50,797 bases of DNA from Chloroflexota bacterium (GCA_034189695.1 JAXHUA010000139.1:1-50797); one strand, 5' to 3'; counted from the first letter of the stretch, positions 26,175 through 37,938 are shown. Numbers and translations are program-made. Notes: generated from the letters alone by a model not told the origin.

Positions 26175-27291
26175 TTTCGCCTGCCCGGGTGGGGTGGTCG
26201 CTCACATATCGCAGCTCCATGAGCAGTTCACCAGGATGGGGCATTATGCGAAGGTGATCGGCCCGTGCTCTCATCCAGACCCTTCGGCAGTGCACCGGGA
26301 CCTCATTGCTATCGGCAGGCCGATTCCCGTGCCTTCAGGCGGCTCCGTGGCCAGGGTGACGCTGTCGCCGTTCTTGGGCGGCGCGATGAAACGGATACTG
26401 GGTGAGGGGCACTTCGACATAGTCCATATGCACGAGCCGCTGGGCTCGACACTGCCGCTGACCGCCCTTGCCGTCTCAAAGTCCGTCAACGTCGGCACAT
26501 TCCACGCCTGCCACCGCGAGCCGAGGGGGTACCAGGTGGCGAGGCCATTTGCCGCCTGGTGGTTCAGGAGGCTCGATGGGAAGATCGCGGTCTCCAAGCC
26601 GGCGATGCGCTTCGTCGGCAAGCACTTGCCGGGCGACTACGAGATAATTCCGAACGGCATAGACGTTGGGCACTTCTCAGCGGAGGTGCCGCCGCTCGAT
26701 GACTTTGACGATGGTAAGCTCAACATCCTTTTCGTGGGCCGTCTGGAGAAGCGGAAGGGGCTGCGGTATCTTCTCGCTGCCTATGCGCGTGTCAAGAGGG
26801 TGCTGCCTGAAAGCCGGCTTGTGGTTGTGGGGTCGGGGGACCGCCAGCCCTACGTGAGGCTGGCGAAGCGACTGGGCTTGCAGGACGTGGTCTTTGTGGG
26901 CCATGTGCGCTATGCGGACCTGCCCCGGTACTACAGGGCCGCCGACGTATTCTGTGCCCCGGCCACGGGGGAGGAGAGCTTCGGGATCGTCCTCCTGGAG
27001 GCTATGGCTGCGTCGAGAGCCATAGTCGCGTCGGCGAACGAAGGCTACGCTGGCGTACTGAGCGACGGTGAGGAGGGGCTACTGGTGCCGCCGCAGGACG
27101 AGCGGGCAACCGCCGATGCGCTGGTCACCGTGCTCAGCGACGAATCCCTGCGTCGCCGGATGGGTGAAAAGGGAAGAGCCACAGCGGACGAGTACAGTTG
27201 GGCAAACGTTGCCGCGAGAATCCTCGACTACTACGAGCGACTGCTTGAGCAGCGAAGAGTGGCGCCATGCGGTGCGGATGGGATGACCTAG
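26146..27291 (+). CDS. GT4-family glycosyltransferase (PimA/MshA-like)
   Basis: [16 protein letters not shown]-terminus, FVGRLEKRKG, and the EX7E motif (GEESFGIVLLEAMA). 381 aa. Start overlaps the PHP gene end by 29 nt. Confidence 0.85.
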   Translation: MKIALISPYDFACPGGVVAHISQLHEQFTRMGHYAKVIGPCSHPDPSAVHRDLIAIGRPIPVPSGGSVARVTLSPFLGGAMKRILGEGHFDIVHMHEPLGSTLPLTALAVSKSVNVGTFHACHREPRGYQVARPFAAWWFRRLDGKIAVSKPAMRFVGKHLPGDYEIIPNGIDVGHFSAEVPPLDDFDDGKLNILFVGRLEKRKGLRYLLAAYARVKRVLPESRLVVVGSGDRQPYVRLAKRLGLQDVVFVGHVRYADLPRYYRAADVFCAPATGEESFGIVLLEAMAASRAIVASANEGYAGVLSDGEEGLLVPPQDERATADALVTVLSDESLRRRMGEKGRATADEYSWANVAARILDYYERLLEQRRVAPCGADGMT

Positions 27292-27312
27292 GACGAAGGA
27301 GACTGATGCGTT

Positions 27313-27948
27313 TTGTGGAAAGACCTGTTTCGACCCTCGGTGATAAGCGACAGGGCCCACCGTCTCGCTGAGCCAGTCGGCCGCCTAGTCGCAAAGACGG
27401 GTATTCATCCCAATGCCGTGACAATAACCGGCTTTCTCCTCATCATCGGCGTTGCCTGGTTGCTGGCCGAGGGATGGTTCCTGCTTGGCGGCATTCTGGT
27501 TCTGGTGATAAGTTGCTCCGATTTCATAGATGGGGCACTGGCCAGGGCAACCGGGAAGGCCACCACCTTTGGCGCCCTTCTTGATTCCAGCCTTGACCGC
27601 TACTCTGAGGCAGTGCTTCTATTCGGACTTCTGTGGTTCCATGCCTCTGCCGGGGCGTTCACCGAGGTTATGCTCATATTCGCCACGTTGGTCGGGTCTC
27701 TTCTCGTAAGCTATGTCAGGGCCAGGGCCGAGGGGCTCGGGTTGTTCGCCGAGGTGGGCATCATGAGGAGGACCCTGCGAGTCATCACGCTGGCAGTCGG
27801 CCTCATGCTTAGCCCCATCCAGCCTGCGCTCCTGGTCATTCTATGGATACTGGCGGTCGCGACCAACCTCACGGCGCTGTACAGGCTGTTCTATGTGTGG
27901 CGCGCCAGCCGTCGGACGGAGGTGAGGCTACGGCAGGAAGGTGAGTGA
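27313..27948 (+). CDS. CDP-alcohol phosphatidyltransferase (phosphatidylinositol-phosphate synthase-like)
   Basis: Perfect D-x2-DG-x2-AR-x8-G-x3-D-x3-D motif DFIDGALARATGKATTFGALLDSSLD (nt 27520-27597). About 210 aa, 6 TM. TTG start. Confidence 0.85.
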   Translation: MWKDLFRPSVISDRAHRLAEPVGRLVAKTGIHPNAVTITGFLLIIGVAWLLAEGWFLLGGILVLVISCSDFIDGALARATGKATTFGALLDSSLDRYSEAVLLFGLLWFHASAGAFTEVMLIFATLVGSLLVSYVRARAEGLGLFAEVGIMRRTLRVITLAVGLMLSPIQPALLVILWILAVATNLTALYRLFYVWRASRRTEVRLRQEGE

Positions 27949-27955
27949 GGCTCTA

Positions 27956-29182
27956 TCAGGTGGTGCGCCGCAGCAGCAGATTGACCAGCAGAAGGACGAA
28001 GACCACACCCAGCGCTCCCACAATAGCTATCAAAGCAATGTGAAGCACCGGCATGCTCGAACCCTGGCCGCCGGGGGTGGGTGTCGGCTCAGGCCCCAGG
28101 CCGAGGCTCTCACGCCACAGGACATTGAAACCATCGAGGTCGAACCCGTAGACAGCGAGCAGGGCATCGTCACAGGTGCTTCCGTCCTTGAACACGCCGA
28201 GGAGCTCCAGGAGCTTGCTCCTTCCGTAGGAATCAAGCAGGAACTGAACCGCGCTGTAGCTCTCGGCGTAGCAGAGGCTTGCCTGGGCAGTGTCGCTGGG
28301 GAAGCTGCTGCAAATGCTGCGGATTGAGAAGAGGGTGTCGCTGGCTATTGCCGTCGCGAGGTAGACGGCCAGATCTGAGCGAAGGTCCGGCTCGGCATCC
28401 ATCGCCAGACCCTCGTCGAGCCATGTGGGCAGGTATCCATAGGGTCCGAAGATCGCCTGGCGTGTCACCAGGTGCCCCAGCTCGTGCGCAATGGCCCGGC
28501 TTCCCCAACCCAGGCTCCCCGGCGGGATCCCTATGGCTATGATGCCGTAGTCATAGAAGGCCACCCCACCGGTCCATTCCTGTGGGTAGACCAGCGCGCT
28601 CTGAAGGTCGGACGGAGAGGCGTACACGTGGATCGTCGCCGGCTCTTCGAGCGAAACACCGATGTCAGCCTCGAGGCGCTGTAGCGCGTCGAGTGCGCTC
28701 GCCAGCAGTTGCTGGGCGAATGACGTGTCACCCTCATACCACGTGATAGTAATCTGGCCGCTTGAAAGGCTGTTCCAGTCGTAGCGTGTGTCATTGAACT
28801 GCACGCTGGTCGGCGACGTCTCCGTCAGTCGCCCATCGGCATCCCGGACAAGCCACCGATACTCGACCTCGGCTCCGGGCGGCAGGCCTCCGGTCTCAAG
28901 CATGTTCCATGTCCAGCTCACGTCCACCGTCGTGCCCGGGTTGAAACCGACGTCAACGCGGCAGCTCACCGGGAGCACGCTGGACCTGTGCACTCTGTAC
29001 TCGAGGTCTATATCCTCGATCGGGGTGGCGGACTCGGCTTCGAGGGAAAACGTGATCGCCTGAGGGAACTGAGGAGTCGCTTCGCTGGACACCACGTTGA
29101 CCGGAGCGTCAGCGACGGCGACTGCGGGAAAGGCCGCGAGTACGACAAGGGCGAGAACGAGAGACAATAGAAGCTTCTTCAT
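27956..29182 (-). CDS. Secreted, C-terminally membrane-anchored zinc metallopeptidase (peptidase MA-like, HExxH)
   Basis: Signal peptide MKKLLLSLVLALVVLAAFPAVAVA, HELGH plus a downstream glutamate (WLDEGLA), and a C-terminal TM segment. ATGA overlap with the prfB stop. Confidence 0.7.
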   Translation of the reverse strand: MKKLLLSLVLALVVLAAFPAVAVADAPVNVVSSEATPQFPQAITFSLEAESATPIEDIDLEYRVHRSSVLPVSCRVDVGFNPGTTVDVSWTWNMLETGGLPPGAEVEYRWLVRDADGRLTETSPTSVQFNDTRYDWNSLSSGQITITWYEGDTSFAQQLLASALDALQRLEADIGVSLEEPATIHVYASPSDLQSALVYPQEWTGGVAFYDYGIIAIGIPPGSLGWGSRAIAHELGHLVTRQAIFGPYGYLPTWLDEGLAMDAEPDLRSDLAVYLATAIASDTLFSIRSICSSFPSDTAQASLCYAESYSAVQFLLDSYGRSKLLELLGVFKDGSTCDDALLAVYGFDLDGFNVLWRESLGLGPEPTPTPGGQGSSMPVLHIALIAIVGALGVVFVLLLVNLLLRRTT

Positions 29183-30283
29183 CCAGCTTCGCCGATGGTG
29201 GATTTCAGGTAAGCCTTGATGAACCCGTCCATGTCGCCGTCAAGCACCGCGTTGGGGTCGCTGGTTTCGAAGTCGGTGCGGTGGTCCTTCACCATCTTGT
29301 ACGGATGAAGGACGTAGCTTCTGATCTGGTTACCCCATCCTGCGGCAACGTGTTCTCCCTTCAGCCTGGCCTTCTCCTCCGCCCTCTTGGCCAGTTCGTG
29401 CTCCAGCAATCGGGACCGCAGCACCTTGAGCGCCGTCTCCTTGTTCTGGTACTGTGACCGCTCGTTCTGGCAGGTGACGACGAGGCCTGTGGGGATGTGG
29501 GTGATGCGAACAGCGGTGCTCGTCTTCTGCACGTGCTGGCCGCCGGGGCCGCTGGCCTTGTAGAAATCGATCTTCAGATCGTCCGGGTCCAGTTCCACCT
29601 CTACGTCCCGCTCTGCCTCTGGAATGACTTCGACGAGCACGAAGGAGGTATGGCGCAGGTGCGATGCGTCGAAGGGCGACAGGCGAACGAGGCGATGCAC
29701 TCCTCTCTCCGATTTGAGGTAGCCATAGGCATACTGGCCCTCAATCTCGACGAGGGCGCTCTTGATGCCTGCTTCCTCACCGGGGGACACCTCGACGACC
29801 TCGGCGCGATAGCCCTGGCGCTCAGCCCATCTGAGGTACATTCTAAGCAGCATCTCGGCCCAGTCCTGGGCCTCAACGCCTCCGGCACCTGCATGGAGGG
29901 CGAGGAAAGCGTTTCTCCTCTCGTACTCGCCACTGAGGAGCAGGGTGAACTCCAGCTTCTCGAACTCGGAAGCAGCCTGGTCAATCTCGGTGTCTATCTC
30001 CTGCGCCAGAGAGGTCTCGTTCTCTTCGCTAGCCAGTTCAGCCAGTTCCAGCAGGTCAGTAACCTTCTTGTGCAAAGCCCCCCAGGTCTCCACCTCCGCC
30101 TTGACCTCAGCCAGGCGTCGCATCATCCGCTGCGCCCTCTCCTGGTCACTCCAGAAGTCGGGCTTGGACGACTCCTTTTCTATACTGGCGATCTCTCCCT
30201 GCTTCGCTGCGATGTCAAAGACGCACCATGACGTTGGAGATATAGTCGCTCAGTTCTTCCAGCCTTCTTCGCTGTTCCTGCAT
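29179..30283 (-). CDS. prfB: Peptide chain release factor 2, expressed via programmed +1 frameshift
   Basis: ORF0 MQEQRRRLEELSDYISNVMVRL ends at CTT TGA C (30220-30214). The +1 frame continues DIAAKQGEIASIEKE...SGPGGQHVQKT (GGQ) to the stop at 29179. Confidence 0.9.
30214..30220 (-). promoter_or_regulatory. RF2 autoregulatory +1 frameshift site CUU UGA C
   Basis: Minus-strand CTTTGAC at codons 22-23 of prfB ORF0. This is the canonical slippery Leu codon plus an in-frame UGA. Confidence 0.85.
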
Positions 30284-30299
30284 TCCTGCTCCTTCGTGC

Positions 30300-31010
30300 C
30301 TAGAGTGGCAGCTTTCCCCGTTCTGGCGACAACGGCGGCAACTTCCCGGCTGCAGCCAGGTGAGCCAGGCGAGTGGGCTCAGGAAGGCGGTACCCGTTGC
30401 AGCAGGCGATTACCCAGTGTATCGCCGCCTCCAGGTCGGTCCTGTGGCCGATGGAGACGTACACTGGCCTAGTGCCCCGTTTCGTCCTCAGTGCTGCCCC
30501 AACCACTTCGTCACGGTGCACCAGTGGAGCATATGACCCTGGGTCTTGAGCCAGGTCTCCGTGTTGACCGCAGAGAATAGACTTGGCGCAGCCTATGGTG
30601 GGAGTATCGAGAATGAGCCCGAGGTGGGACGCCAGCCCAAGCCGGCGTGGGTGCGCTATCCCTTGGGCATCGGCGATGAAGACATCAGGGGTCGATATGA
30701 GCTTCTCACAGGCGGTGAGAACCAGCGGCATCTCGCGAAAGGAGAGGAGCCCGGGCACGTAGGGGAACTCGACCTTCATCTCGATAACGCTCGTTTCCAC
30801 GATGGCCAGATCGGCCAGGCGCAGTACTACCACGGCGGCCTTCGCCACACCTCTCTCGTCGGCACGGGATATGTCAGCCCCGGCAACCAGGCGAGGCGCT
30901 TCCAGTTCGTTGCGTCTCACTACCTGGGATGCAAGGGAGCGCTGGATGTCCTGCGCCTGGGCAGGCGACACATGCCAGGGGTGAAGCTGTTCTACCCTCA
31001 CGATGTTCAA
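30300..31010 (-). CDS. nfi: Endonuclease V
   Basis: VAGADIS..., FPYVPGLLSFRE, DAQGIAHPRRLGLASHLG and SIGHR motifs of the deoxyinosine 3' endonuclease family. Confidence 0.85.
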   Translation of the reverse strand: MNIVRVEQLHPWHVSPAQAQDIQRSLASQVVRRNELEAPRLVAGADISRADERGVAKAAVVVLRLADLAIVETSVIEMKVEFPYVPGLLSFREMPLVLTACEKLISTPDVFIADAQGIAHPRRLGLASHLGLILDTPTIGCAKSILCGQHGDLAQDPGSYAPLVHRDEVVGAALRTKRGTRPVYVSIGHRTDLEAAIHWVIACCNGYRLPEPTRLAHLAAAGKLPPLSPERGKLPL

Positions 31011-31162
31011 TTATAAACGCAGGGATGCGTACGGGCAACGTAGGCACGCCCTTTTGCCGGGGCATCGTGCCAGGGGCGCAGGCTGGGTGCCGCCGGATAG
31101 ACTCACGGCGTGGCGGGCTGGACCAGAGACGGACTGGCAACAACGTGAACGAGTATAGAGCA

Positions 31163-31191
31163 TTGACACGCAGGGTGTTATTGGCCATAAT
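31163..31191 (+). promoter_or_regulatory. Candidate promoter of the rpsP-KH-rimM operon
   Basis: TTGACA-N17-CATAAT, ending 35 nt upstream of the rpsP ATG. Confidence 0.5.
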
Positions 31192-31225
31192 AAGCAGCGT
31201 TGAATAGCACTACCAAGGAGTGTGA

Positions 31226-31504
31226 ATGGTAAAGATCCGGCTAGCTCGCGTTGGAAGGAAGAAGAAACCAAGCTACCGTGTAGTGGTCGCCGATTCCCGA
31301 GCTCCTCGCGATGGCGCCTTCATTGAGATCATCGGGCACTACGATCCGCTGACTGACCCTCCCACCGTTGTGATCGACGATCAGAAGGCGTTGAGATGGC
31401 TTCGTCAGGGCGCCCAACCCACAGATGCCGTGGCTCGAATGCTAGAGAAGCTCAGTGTCCTGGAGAGGTTCAAGACCGAGTCGGCTGTTGAGCAATCCTC
31501 CTAG
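31226..31504 (+). CDS. rpsP: 30S ribosomal protein S16
   Basis: [41 protein letters not shown] is near-invariant S16 sequence. Confidence 0.95.
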   Translation: MVKIRLARVGRKKKPSYRVVVADSRAPRDGAFIEIIGHYDPLTDPPTVVIDDQKALRWLRQGAQPTDAVARMLEKLSVLERFKTESAVEQSS

Positions 31505-31542
31505 GAAAGGGAGCCAAAATCCAACCCACTAGAGGAGAAGAA

Positions 31543-31770
31543 ATGAAGGAGCTTATCGAATTCATCGCAAAGTCCATAGTGAACAAGCCCGAAAACGTAA
31601 CTGTGACTGAAGAGCGGAACGACGAGAGGGTCTTCCTTAAGCTCCAGGTCGATGAGGAGGACATGGGAAGAGTGATCGGCAAGCAGGGCAGGGTAGCCCA
31701 GGCGATGCGCACGCTTCTCAGGGTGCTCGCAGCCAAGCAGGGCATTCGAGTGGACCTTGACATAGTCTAG
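31543..31770 (+). CDS. KH-domain RNA-binding protein (YlqC/UPF0109)
   Basis: 75 aa with a GRVIGKQGRVAQAMRTL GxxG KH motif. Conserved position between rpsP and rimM. Confidence 0.85.
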   Translation: MKELIEFIAKSIVNKPENVTVTEERNDERVFLKLQVDEEDMGRVIGKQGRVAQAMRTLLRVLAAKQGIRVDLDIV

Positions 31771-31779
31771 CGCGAAGCG

Positions 31780-32280
31780 ATGAAGCTCGAGTCTGTCGTG
31801 GTGGGTAGGGTGGTCGCGCCCTGGGGGGTGAAGGGGGAGATGAAGGTGGAGGTGATGACGGACTTCCCCGAACGCTTCTCTCCCGATGAGCACGTTTACA
31901 TTGAAGGTCGCCGCGTGGCGATCGAGAAGAGCAGGTGGCACAAGGGCACAGTTATTCTGAAGCTCGCTGGAATTGAGACGGTCGAGGCGGCGGAGGCCCT
32001 GCGAGGGCAATTCCTTGAGGTGCCTCGGGCGCAGTTGCAGGCGCTTGAGGAGGGCGAGTTCTACGAGTTTCAGATCGTCGGTCTGGCTGTATGGACGACC
32101 GGGGGCAGGTTGCTTGGCCGGGTCGAGAGGGTCCTGAGGACCGGGAACAACGACGTGTATGTCGTCGCCGGCGAAGGTGGAGAGGTACTCATCCCGGCTA
32201 TCGACGATGTGGTGAAGTCGGTGGACCTGGACCGGCGCAGAATCACCGTTGAAGCAAAAGAGGGTCTACTCCCCGAGTAG
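31780..32280 (+). CDS. rimM: 16S rRNA processing protein RimM
   Basis: VVGRVVAPWGVKGEMKV (PRC barrel/RimM N-terminus), EFYEFQIVGL, and LIPAIDDVVKSVDL at the C-terminus. Confidence 0.85.
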   Translation: MKLESVVVGRVVAPWGVKGEMKVEVMTDFPERFSPDEHVYIEGRRVAIEKSRWHKGTVILKLAGIETVEAAEALRGQFLEVPRAQLQALEEGEFYEFQIVGLAVWTTGGRLLGRVERVLRTGNNDVYVVAGEGGEVLIPAIDDVVKSVDLDRRRITVEAKEGLLPE

Positions 32281-32293
32281 ACCCTCTTTCTGT
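32257..32293. terminator. Bidirectional intrinsic terminator between convergent rimM and atpC
   Basis: Perfect 14-bp stem AAAGAGGGTCTACT-ccccg-AGTAGACCCTCTTT, flanked by a T-run on the plus strand and an A-run on its 5' side. The rimM stop lies inside the 3' arm. Confidence 0.65.
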
Positions 32294-32349
32294 CTCGGCC
32301 TTTCTGGTGTCTGTGGTCGCCGTTCGCGCGGCCAGCGCCGCAGGGGCTC

Positions 32350-32793
32350 CTAGGACGGCTGGACTCGCGGCGGGCCGTGCCTCTGTTTGCGCCGCTCGGC
32401 CACCTTGATGCGGAGGAGCGCACGCCGCAGGGCTGCCTCCGCAGCAGCGAGGTCCTGAACATCGACACGCCCCTTGAGTCTTTCCTCAGCGCGGCGTTTC
32501 GCTGCCTCGGCGCGGGCGAGATCTATGTCCTCGGCTCGCTCGGCGACGTCGGCGAGCACCGTGACCCGGTCCTGCATGACCTCGAGGAAGCCTCCTCTGA
32601 CGAACATGCACGTCTCCTGGCCGTCGGTCCTCACTGTCAGCTCACCCGGCTGGAGCATGGTGAGCAGCGGGGCATGATTGGGAAGGATGCCCAGCTCTCC
32701 CTCAACGCCGGGAGCGATCACTATGTCAACATGGTCCGACAAGACCACTCTTTCCGCAGTTACGATCTCGAATGCTATCTTCGCCAAATGCAC
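32350..32793 (-). CDS. atpC: F1 ATP synthase subunit epsilon
   Basis: AKIAFEIVTAERVVLS...GILPNHAPLLT pattern. GTG 32793 lies 9 nt after AGGAGGAG. Confidence 0.9.
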   Translation of the reverse strand: MHLAKIAFEIVTAERVVLSDHVDIVIAPGVEGELGILPNHAPLLTMLQPGELTVRTDGQETCMFVRGGFLEVMQDRVTVLADVAERAEDIDLARAEAAKRRAEERLKGRVDVQDLAAAEAALRRALLRIKVAERRKQRHGPPRVQPS

Positions 32794-32905
32794 TCACCCC
32801 CTCTCCTCCTGGCACAGCGGCCGAGGAGGAGGAATGACTCAGGTGACAGTCCGCAATCGCTCCACGTGAGGCATACGTGCCTGTTCGGGCGCGTTTCTCA
32901 CCTTC

Positions 32906-35181
<2,276 letters not shown>

Positions 35182-35190
35182 GCTACCTCC

Positions 35191-36699
35191 TTAGGACGGC
35201 ATGCCCGCTTGGAAGTCAAGCAGTGCCGCTTTCAGTGCCTCCTCCGTCTCGTCGGACAGCACCCTGTCCTTGGCGATGGTCTGCAGTACGTTGGGATGGC
35301 TTGTGTCCATGAAGCGAAGCAGTTCGTCATGGAAGGCGCCAATTCGTTCCACCGCAACATTGTCCATGTAGCCGTTGATTACGGCATACAGCACCACCAC
35401 CTCTTTTTCCAGAGGCATCGGGTTGTACTGAGGCTGCTTGAGAACCTCAGTGATCCTCTGCCCTCGCTCGAGCTGTGCCAGCGTTGCCTTGTCCAGCTCA
35501 GCCGCTCCGAATTGCGCGAAGGCGGCCAACTCGCGGAACTGCGCCAGGTCCAGCCTCAGCGCGCCTGCGACTCGTCTCATCGCCTTCGTCTGAGCCGAGC
35601 CACCGACACGGGATACCGACAGCCCTACGTTGAGCGCCGGTCGGATTCCGGCGTTGAACAGGTCCGCCTCAAGGTAAATCTGTCCGTCGGTGATGGAGAT
35701 GACGTTCGTCGGAATGTAAGCCGACATGTCCGCAGCCTGGGTCTCGATGATTGGAAGGGCGGTGAGGGAACCACCACCCTGCTCGTCCGACAGCTTCGCC
35801 GCGCGCTCGAGGAGGCGGCTGTGCAGGTAGAAGACGTCTCCGGGATAGGCCTCGCGGCCCGGAGGCCGGCGCAGCAGCAGGGATATCTGGCGGTAGGCCC
35901 ATGCATGCTTGGAAAGGTCGTCATACACCACCAGGGCGTCACGACCCTGCTCCATGAACTCCTCGCCGATGGCGCACGCTGCATACGGGGCCAGATACTG
36001 GAGCGCGGCTGAGTCGGAGGCGTCAGCCAGTACCACGATAGTGTGCTGCATGGCTCCGTGGCTCTCCAGTGTGCCCACCGCCTGGGCTACCTTGGAGGCC
36101 TTCTGTCCGATGGCGCAGTAGATGCACACCAGGTCGCCGCCCGTCTGGCTGATGATGGTATCGAGGGCTATCACCGTCTTGCCCGTGGACCGGTCGCCGA
36201 TTATCAACTCACGCTGACCTCGTCCGATAGGGATCAAGCTGTCGATAGCCTTGATTCCCGTGTGCACCGAGGTATCCACAGACTTGCGAATCACCACGTT
36301 AGGAGCGACGCGTTCGATGGGGCGGGTCTGCTCTGTCTTGACAGGGCCCTTGCCATCGAGGGGCTGACCCAGGGGGTCGATCACTCTCCCAATTAGGTGG
36401 TTACCGACAGGCACCTCGGCGATTCTCCCGGTGCACCTCACCTCGTCGCCCTCCCTAATCTCGCTGTAGTCGCCGAGTATGACGGTGCCAACGCTGTCCT
36501 CTTCCAGGTTGAGGGCGATGCCCATGACGCCACCGGGGAATTCCAGCAACTCGTTGTACTTCGCGCCTGAGAGGCCGTGGATGCGCGCAATACCGTCGCC
36601 CGCCTCAACGACGGTGCCGACGTCCACCATTGCCAGCGTCGTGCCAAATTGCTCTATCTGCTGCTTGATTATCGAAGCGATATCTTGGGACCCAGCCAT
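35191..36699 (-). CDS. atpA: F1 ATP synthase subunit alpha
   Basis: GDRSTGKT P-loop, typical AtpA blocks. GGAGGT RBS 9 nt upstream. Confidence 0.97.
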   Translation of the reverse strand: MAGSQDIASIIKQQIEQFGTTLAMVDVGTVVEAGDGIARIHGLSGAKYNELLEFPGGVMGIALNLEEDSVGTVILGDYSEIREGDEVRCTGRIAEVPVGNHLIGRVIDPLGQPLDGKGPVKTEQTRPIERVAPNVVIRKSVDTSVHTGIKAIDSLIPIGRGQRELIIGDRSTGKTVIALDTIISQTGGDLVCIYCAIGQKASKVAQAVGTLESHGAMQHTIVVLADASDSAALQYLAPYAACAIGEEFMEQGRDALVVYDDLSKHAWAYRQISLLLRRPPGREAYPGDVFYLHSRLLERAAKLSDEQGGGSLTALPIIETQAADMSAYIPTNVISITDGQIYLEADLFNAGIRPALNVGLSVSRVGGSAQTKAMRRVAGALRLDLAQFRELAAFAQFGAAELDKATLAQLERGQRITEVLKQPQYNPMPLEKEVVVLYAVINGYMDNVAVERIGAFHDELLRFMDTSHPNVLQTIAKDRVLSDETEEALKAALLDFQAGMPS

Positions 36700-36840
36700 C
36701 TAAACCTTACCTCCAGTCTGTGAGCTTTCGGTTGCAGTCCACCTCGTATCATCTCTCTGCCCCGCAAACTGAGTTCTCCGACCGGCTGCGATACTCTTTC
36801 GAGCCACCGCAGGCAGTCCGCTCATGCTTCCTATCGGTCC

Positions 36841-36881
36841 CGACCAGAGGCGGGAGCAGGGCCATCCCCCGCCCCTGGTCG
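36841..36881 (-). other. 14-bp stem-loop inside the unusually long atpH-atpA spacer
   Basis: CGACCAGAGGCGGG-N13-CCCGCCCCTGGTCG. The single non-Watson-Crick position is a G-U pair only in the minus-strand (mRNA) sense. Confidence 0.5.
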
Positions 36882-36909
36882 GCGTTGATAATCACGCCTG
36901 TCCCGAATG

Positions 36910-37440
36910 CTAGGTGCCGACAAGGCTCTTCCTGAGCGCCTCCAATCTACTCCTGGTGCTGCCGTCGATGAGCTTGTCGCCAATCCTTACCTTCAGACCC
37001 CCGATTATGGACGGGTCGGTCTGTGTGGCCAGCACGATCTCCTTCGATACGGTATCGGCGAGCCTTCGGGTGAGGTCTGCCGTGTCCCCTTCATCGAGTG
37101 GGATAGCTGTGGTCACTCGTGCGTGGGCGACTCCCCGATGTTCGTCGACAAGCCGCTCGTACTCGCTGACAAGCTCCGCGACGATGCCGAGTCTCCTCTT
37201 CGCCACCAGCAAGTAAGCTGCGTTCAGAGCGAGAGGACTCAGGCTCTTGAGGCGTTCCTCGAGGATCTTCTTCTTGTCGTCGAAGCGGATCTTGGGGCTT
37301 TCGAGAAACGCGTGTATGTCGGGATCCATGAGCGCCTCGGCGACGACCCGCAGGTCACCGCGCCACAGGTCCAGTTGATTCTGCTCCAGGGCGATTTCGA
37401 AAATGGCCTGGGCATGTCTTCTCGCCGAAGCCCTCGCCAT
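36910..37440 (-). CDS. atpH: F1 ATP synthase subunit delta (OSCP)
   Basis: 176 aa, YAQAIFEIALE N-terminus and IIGGLKVRIGDKLIDGS C-terminus. Position between atpF and atpA. Confidence 0.88.
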   Translation of the reverse strand: MARASARRHAQAIFEIALEQNQLDLWRGDLRVVAEALMDPDIHAFLESPKIRFDDKKKILEERLKSLSPLALNAAYLLVAKRRLGIVAELVSEYERLVDEHRGVAHARVTTAIPLDEGDTADLTRRLADTVSKEIVLATQTDPSIIGGLKVRIGDKLIDGSTRSRLEALRKSLVGT

Positions 37441-37938
37441 CTAGTTCCCTCCCTTTGGAGCCTGCTCCAGCACCTCGCTGATGAGCTGGCGATGCTTCTC
37501 CTTATCAAGAGTCTCGCTGATCACCTTCTCGGCGGCGAGGATGGCCAGGTCGGCGAACTGTCGCTTTAGTTCCTCGATCGCATCGTCGCGTTCCCGCTGA
37601 ATCTCAGCGCGTGCTCTGGCGGTCACAGCCTCGGCCTCTTCCTTCGCGCGAGCCCGTGCTTCCTCTCTGAGTTGCTCTCCCAGTTGCTCTGCCTGAGCAA
37701 GTATGCTCTGCCGCTCCTTGCGCGCGGCGTCCAGTTGCTCCTTCACCTGCTCCTCGGTCTTGGCCATCGTCTCTTTGATCTGCTCAGCCTGCTGCATACT
37801 CGCGCTGATTTTCTCCGCGCGTTCATCGAGCATCCTCCTCACCGGCCTGTACAGGACCACTGAGAGCAGGCCGAACAGAATGAAGAATGCAACAAGTTGA
37901 GCCAGCAGGCCTGGCACATTGACGCCAATACCTTCCAT
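37441..37938 (-). CDS. atpF: Fo ATP synthase subunit b
   Basis: Single N-terminal TM followed by a long charged coiled coil. The stop abuts the atpH start. Confidence 0.88.
   Translation of the reverse strand: MEGIGVNVPGLLAQLVAFFILFGLLSVVLYRPVRRMLDERAEKISASMQQAEQIKETMAKTEEQVKEQLDAARKERQSILAQAEQLGEQLREEARARAKEEAEAVTARARAEIQRERDDAIEELKRQFADLAILAAEKVISETLDKEKHRQLISEVLEQAPKGGN

Noticed and set aside
36700-36825. 41-codon ORF inside the atpH-atpA spacer, ending right at the atpA ATG
   Set aside because: The only purine-rich tract lies 1 nt from its ATG, and the peptide is unremarkable. The region is better explained as structured RNA.
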